Source of the DNA: Eledone cirrhosa
Taxonomy: Eukaryota
DNA: 64,000 nt
Assembly: GCA_964016885.1 (NCBI GenBank)
Contig: OZ024741.1
Span: 302,188,001 to 302,252,000, forward strand
Reading direction: 5' to 3'
The notes beneath the pieces are model-generated. The model worked only from the letters and a program-made list of their open reading frames with translations. It was not told the origin of the DNA and made no database searches. Of the stretch, positions 59,858-64,000 are shown piece after piece. Both the position numbers and the translations under genes were made by a program. Each line of letters begins with the position of its first letter. Position 1 is the first letter of the stretch.

Positions 59858-60411
59858 TGTCGGGTCGTTGGCGACTAAACTGGCAACCCCACTAAGGTTT
59901 CTTGGTGAGGAGGGTGACTTTGGACATCCTGCAGGACTAAAAACAAAACCTGTCAAAGGGCAAAGGAGCTCTTAAGAGTCAATGGCCATCCAAAATCACC
60001 GGGAGAGATGACCCCTTAGCCTTTGTCAAGGCAGAATTCTAGGAGAAGGAAAACTCTGATATAACACCTGCAACCCTGATGGTATCCAATGATGTTGACT
60101 TGTTCTTCTTTTTGGTAAATATCATCTTGGTTAAGAGAGTGGGACTGGCTTTGTGCAGTGCCTTTGCTCACTATAAAAGCTTCACGGCACAGGCATTGCT
60201 TTGTATCTGGAGATCTCTCTGCACTTGTCATTACATGGTACCATGGGCCCAGCACTATGTGTCAATAATTGTCACAAGTGTAGTGTTTGTACCAGAGTTT
60301 TCAAGTTGCTGGCTGGACTAAAAAGTCACACTCGTTCAGCGTATCGGTAGGGGTTCTCCTACATGGATATAAAGTAGTGGCCGTACTCGAAAACGAGTTG
60401 GCAGCCACCAT
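59858..60411 (+). mobile_element. Bipartite RTE-derived element, second long copy
   Basis: Highly similar to 29609-30161. Confidence 0.85.
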
Positions 60412-60466
60412 GTATATATATATGTATGTATATATATATGGATGTATATATGTATGTATGTATATA

Positions 60467-63400
60467 TCATCATCATCATCATCATCATCACCGTTTTACG
60501 TCCGTTCTTCCACGCTAGCATGGGTTAGACGGGTTGTCCTGTTGTGGGCAGTGTCTGGTCGGCTGACCATGCCTTGCTCATACAGGAACTGATCTGGCTT
60601 GATTTCTACAGCTGGATGCCCTTCCTAACACCAACCTCATTTACAGTGAGTGCTGGGTGCTTTTTCGTGGCGCCTACACGTCCACTTTACAGTGTGGGCT
60701 GGGTGCTTTTTTGCCGTGGCACCTCCACGACCACCTTGCGGTGGGGGGGGGGGGGCATATTGTTTATATGCTTCAGCATGTACCCATGGGAGGTCGGGTA
60801 CCCTGTATTACTGCGTGACGCCAGAAGTCACGGTCGTGTGTCATTGACTTTGAGAGGTGTAGTTGGGTAAGGTCGGCTTTTATCACCTCATCCCAAGTCA
60901 TCTTGGGTCTCCCCACTCCGCGGTTTCCATCAACTTCTAGTGCTCTGCACCTTTTTATGCAGCTGTCATCCTTCATACGCATCACATGTCCATACCAGCG
61001 TAACCGCCTCTCCTGCACGCAGCATTTGATTCCTCTTATGCTCAGTCTCTCTCTCAATTCATTTATGCTTTGTCGTTCACGTATATTACTGTTACACATC
61101 CATCGGAGCATGCAGGCTTCGTTTCTCTCTAATCTACGTAAGTCTTCCACCTTCAGCGCCCAGGTCTCACTACCATGCAACATCGCTGTTCGGATACACG
61201 CATCATACAGTCTGCCTTTCATTCTGAGGGAGAAGCCTTTTGCAGCTAGCAGTGGTAGTAGTTCCCTAAACTTCTTCCATCCCGTTCTTACCCTAGTTAT
61301 TGTACTTTCTGAGCACCCACCTCCGTTGCTAATTCGGTCACCTAGGTAGCAGAAGCTGTCTACTGTTTCTACAGGGCCCTCCCAGAGATTGGTGGTACTT
61401 GTTTCCTGTGGCTGTTTGCTTGCTGTTTCAGCACAGCTGCTGCATGTGAATCCTACATTCTTAATTAAGCTTCCTGAGATCCCGCTACATCTCTTGTGTA
61501 CCCATTGTTTGCATTTGGGGCAAAGAATGGAGTTCCTACCTACACCTTTCCTACATACTGAGCAAGGCCATTTCCCTGAGGGGATCTGGGTTCTGTTTTC
61601 TCGTCTACTTATAAGGACCTTAGTCTTTGTCATGTTGACTTTGAGGCCCTTTCTCTCTAGTCCCTGCTTCCAGGTTTGGAATTTATTCTCTAGTTCTACC
61701 ATAGATTCAGCTATGAGTGCGAGGTCATCAGCATACAGGAGTTCCCATGGGCATCCGGTCTTAAACTCCTCCGTTATTGCCTGCAGGACTATGATGAACA
61801 GGAGAGGGCTAAGAACAGAGCCCTGGTGGACCCCAACCTGTACGCTAAATTCCTCGCTATACTCATTGCCAATCCTAACTTTGCTGACTGCTCCCCTATA
61901 CATGGCTTGTACCGCTTTCACAAGCCATTCATCTACTCCTAGTTTTCTAAGAGCCCACCAGATTACTGCACGTGGAACTCTGTCAAAGGCTTTCTCAAGG
62001 TCGACAAATGCCAAGTAGAGTGGCTTACTTTTAGCTAGGTACTTTTCCTGTAATTGCCTCACAAGGAAGAGCGCATCAGTGGTGCCTTTCCCTGGAACAA
62101 ACCCAAATTGCATCTCGTCTATATTCACCCGGTCCCTAATCAGCTGTGCTATAACTCTTTCTGTTACTTTCATGACCTGGTCCATCAACTTTATACCTCT
62201 ATAGTTTCCTCTATCTAGTGCATCGCCTTTACCTTTGTAGCAGTTGACAATGATGCTACTGCACCAATCTTTTGGTATGGCCCCCTCTAGTATTACCTGG
62301 TTAACGATACGTGTGGTTATAGTGTGACCTACAGACCCAGATGCCTTCAGCATCTCGGCAGCTATACCCGATGGACCGGTTGCCTTCCCTATCTTCATAT
62401 CTCTGATTGCCTTACTTACTACGCTGCCGCTGACTTGTACTGCTGGTCCCTCTATAGGGTCTACGTGGGGTAGGGTCTCTTCTTCCCATGCATTCTCCTC
62501 ATTTAGTAATCTATCATAATGACTCTTCCATGCATCTTTCTTCTCAGCACTTGTGAGGGCAAGCTCACCTTTATCATTCCGGATACACTTCTCTCCAATG
62601 ACATCACAACTATCTCTGACACACTGCCTCGCAATCTTGAATACCTCCTGTTTCTGGTCCTCACGTTGTAAAACATGCTTGAATTTTCTATCCTCTGCTT
62701 CCCTCCTAGCTAAGTATACTTGTCGCCTAGCTTCCCTCTTGGTCTCTATGTAATGTACCCTGCTCCCCCCGTTCTTCCATTCTTTCCATGCCTGTCTCTT
62801 GGCCTTGACTGCTTCATCTACCTTATTGTTCCACCACCAAGTCACTCTCCTCCTGCTTGAGGTCTTACTCCAGCCACAAACCTCATCCGTCGCCTCTAGT
62901 AAGTTATTTTTTAGGAACTCCCAGTTCTCTTCTACGTTAAATGTCTCTATCTGTTCTTCTTTACTGTCGTAGGCGTTGAGTAAAATATCTTTAAATCTGT
63001 TACTGGTTGAGGGGACTTTCAGCTTCCAGATCTTTCTTCTCCAGGTTGGCCTCTGTTTCAGGGCACGTCTAGTTCTGACCGTGAGGTCGCTGACAACTAA
63101 GCTATGTTGGGATGTACATTCCTCACTAGGGAAGGCTTTTGTGTTTACGACCGTCCATCTGTCACGTCCTCTGATGAGGATAAAATCTAACTGACTAGAG
63201 TGCTCCCCTGATCTATAGGTGATCAGGTGGTTGTCGGGTTTTTTAAAGTTTGTGTTACATATCGACATGTCATTGGCGTCGCAGAATTCTAGAAGTCTGA
63301 ATCCTTCCTCATTCCTTGTGCCAACTCCATGGCCTCCATGTACTCTATTGAAGCCGTCGCAGTGTTTACCTACGTGTCCGTTAAAATCTCCTGCAATGAT

Positions 63401-64000
63401 TAGGAAGTCCTTGTCGTCTGTTAGAGCAGTAGTGTGTATTAGGGACTCGTAAAACCTATCCTTAAGTTCGTCTGGCAGCCCCGATTGGGGTGCGTAAGCT
63501 GATATTATTGTGGTAATTGTCTTATTCAGGACTAGTCTGAGTTTAATGATTCTTGCATTTACCCTGTACACTGAGATTACTTTATCTACCCACTTGTCAG
63601 CTAATAGTATACCTACACCACCCATCCCATCGTCATTTCCCACCCAGAAAAATTTGTAGCACTGGCTTTTTCCTACAAGGACTCTAGCAGACCCTCCTCT
63701 CCATCTAGTCTCTTGCACACAGCATACATCAACTTCCTTTCGCTCTAGCATTTCTACGATTTCTCCTGCTCTTCCTTTCATTGAGCCTACATTGATGGTA
63801 CCAACTCGGAGTTTTGGGCATTTGTCGACACTCGTAGGGGAGGGTCTCTGGGTTGGCGCTTCACGTGGGTGCTTGGTAGCTCGCAGATTCATATTTCATC
63901 TATTGATTCAGAGTTGCTCGTGTATTCCCAGCTCATCCATCCCTAACGGTGGGAAAATTGAGGGCTAGAAGGACAGTGGTGGTGGGGTAATGGCAGGGTG
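60467..64000 (-). mobile_element. RTE subfamily B, apparently intact; 5' end lies beyond the window
   Basis: Intact ORF, 3'UTR and (GAT)n tail. Confidence 0.95.
60773..63892 (-). CDS. RTE APE endonuclease-reverse transcriptase (1039 aa, intact)
   Basis: GTINVGSM, CVQETRW, AGDFNGHVG, QLDFIL, SQH; DLEKAFDRV, GVHQGSVLSP, YADD, FCYLGD; C4HC3 finger. Confidence 0.93.
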   Translation of the reverse strand: MNLRATKHPREAPTQRPSPTSVDKCPKLRVGTINVGSMKGRAGEIVEMLERKEVDVCCVQETRWRGGSARVLVGKSQCYKFFWVGNDDGMGGVGILLADKWVDKVISVYRVNARIIKLRLVLNKTITTIISAYAPQSGLPDELKDRFYESLIHTTALTDDKDFLIIAGDFNGHVGKHCDGFNRVHGGHGVGTRNEEGFRLLEFCDANDMSICNTNFKKPDNHLITYRSGEHSSQLDFILIRGRDRWTVVNTKAFPSEECTSQHSLVVSDLTVRTRRALKQRPTWRRKIWKLKVPSTSNRFKDILLNAYDSKEEQIETFNVEENWEFLKNNLLEATDEVCGWSKTSSRRRVTWWWNNKVDEAVKAKRQAWKEWKNGGSRVHYIETKREARRQVYLARREAEDRKFKHVLQREDQKQEVFKIARQCVRDSCDVIGEKCIRNDKGELALTSAEKKDAWKSHYDRLLNEENAWEEETLPHVDPIEGPAVQVSGSVVSKAIRDMKIGKATGPSGIAAEMLKASGSVGHTITTRIVNQVILEGAIPKDWCSSIIVNCYKGKGDALDRGNYRGIKLMDQVMKVTERVIAQLIRDRVNIDEMQFGFVPGKGTTDALFLVRQLQEKYLAKSKPLYLAFVDLEKAFDRVPRAVIWWALRKLGVDEWLVKAVQAMYRGAVSKVRIGNEYSEEFSVQVGVHQGSVLSPLLFIIVLQAITEEFKTGCPWELLYADDLALIAESMVELENKFQTWKQGLERKGLKVNMTKTKVLISRRENRTQIPSGKWPCSVCRKGVGRNSILCPKCKQWVHKRCSGISGSLIKNVGFTCSSCAETASKQPQETSTTNLWEGPVETVDSFCYLGDRISNGGGCSESTITRVRTGWKKFRELLPLLAAKGFSLRMKGRLYDACIRTAMLHGSETWALKVEDLRRLERNEACMLRWMCNSNIRERQSINELRERLSIRGIKCCVQERRLRWYGHVMRMKDDSCIKRCRALEVDGNRGVGRPKMTWDEVIKADLTQLHLSKSMTHDRDFWRHAVIQGTRPPMGTC

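Overview
Eukaryotic, gene-free, repeat-saturated DNA. The composition and the SINE/RTE complement are consistent with a coleoid cephalopod such as Octopus (inference). From ~7.8 kb onward the window is one large (TA)n/(TATG)n microsatellite field with about 25 retroelement insertions. These are three RTE-clade LINE subfamilies (APE+RT with an embedded C4HC3 PHD-like finger and (GAT)n tails), a non-autonomous bipartite RTE derivative, two CR1-like LINEs, a Tx1/L1-like LINE and a 5'-truncated Penelope-like (Naiad-type) GIY-YIG element. The most notable signal is non-coding: at least five unrelated small elements each carry a type I minimal hammerhead ribozyme (HHR). One of them is a highly structured 310-bp monomer in two tandem arrays (18 complete HHRs); the minus-strand 5' ends of both arrays fall on the predicted self-cleavage site. 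Several HHR elements share one insertion geometry: a head-to-head inverted twin with a 34-85 bp extra tail on one arm, inside TA repeats. The long Y/I/M/C-rich ORFs are microsatellite read-through. No host gene was recognised.
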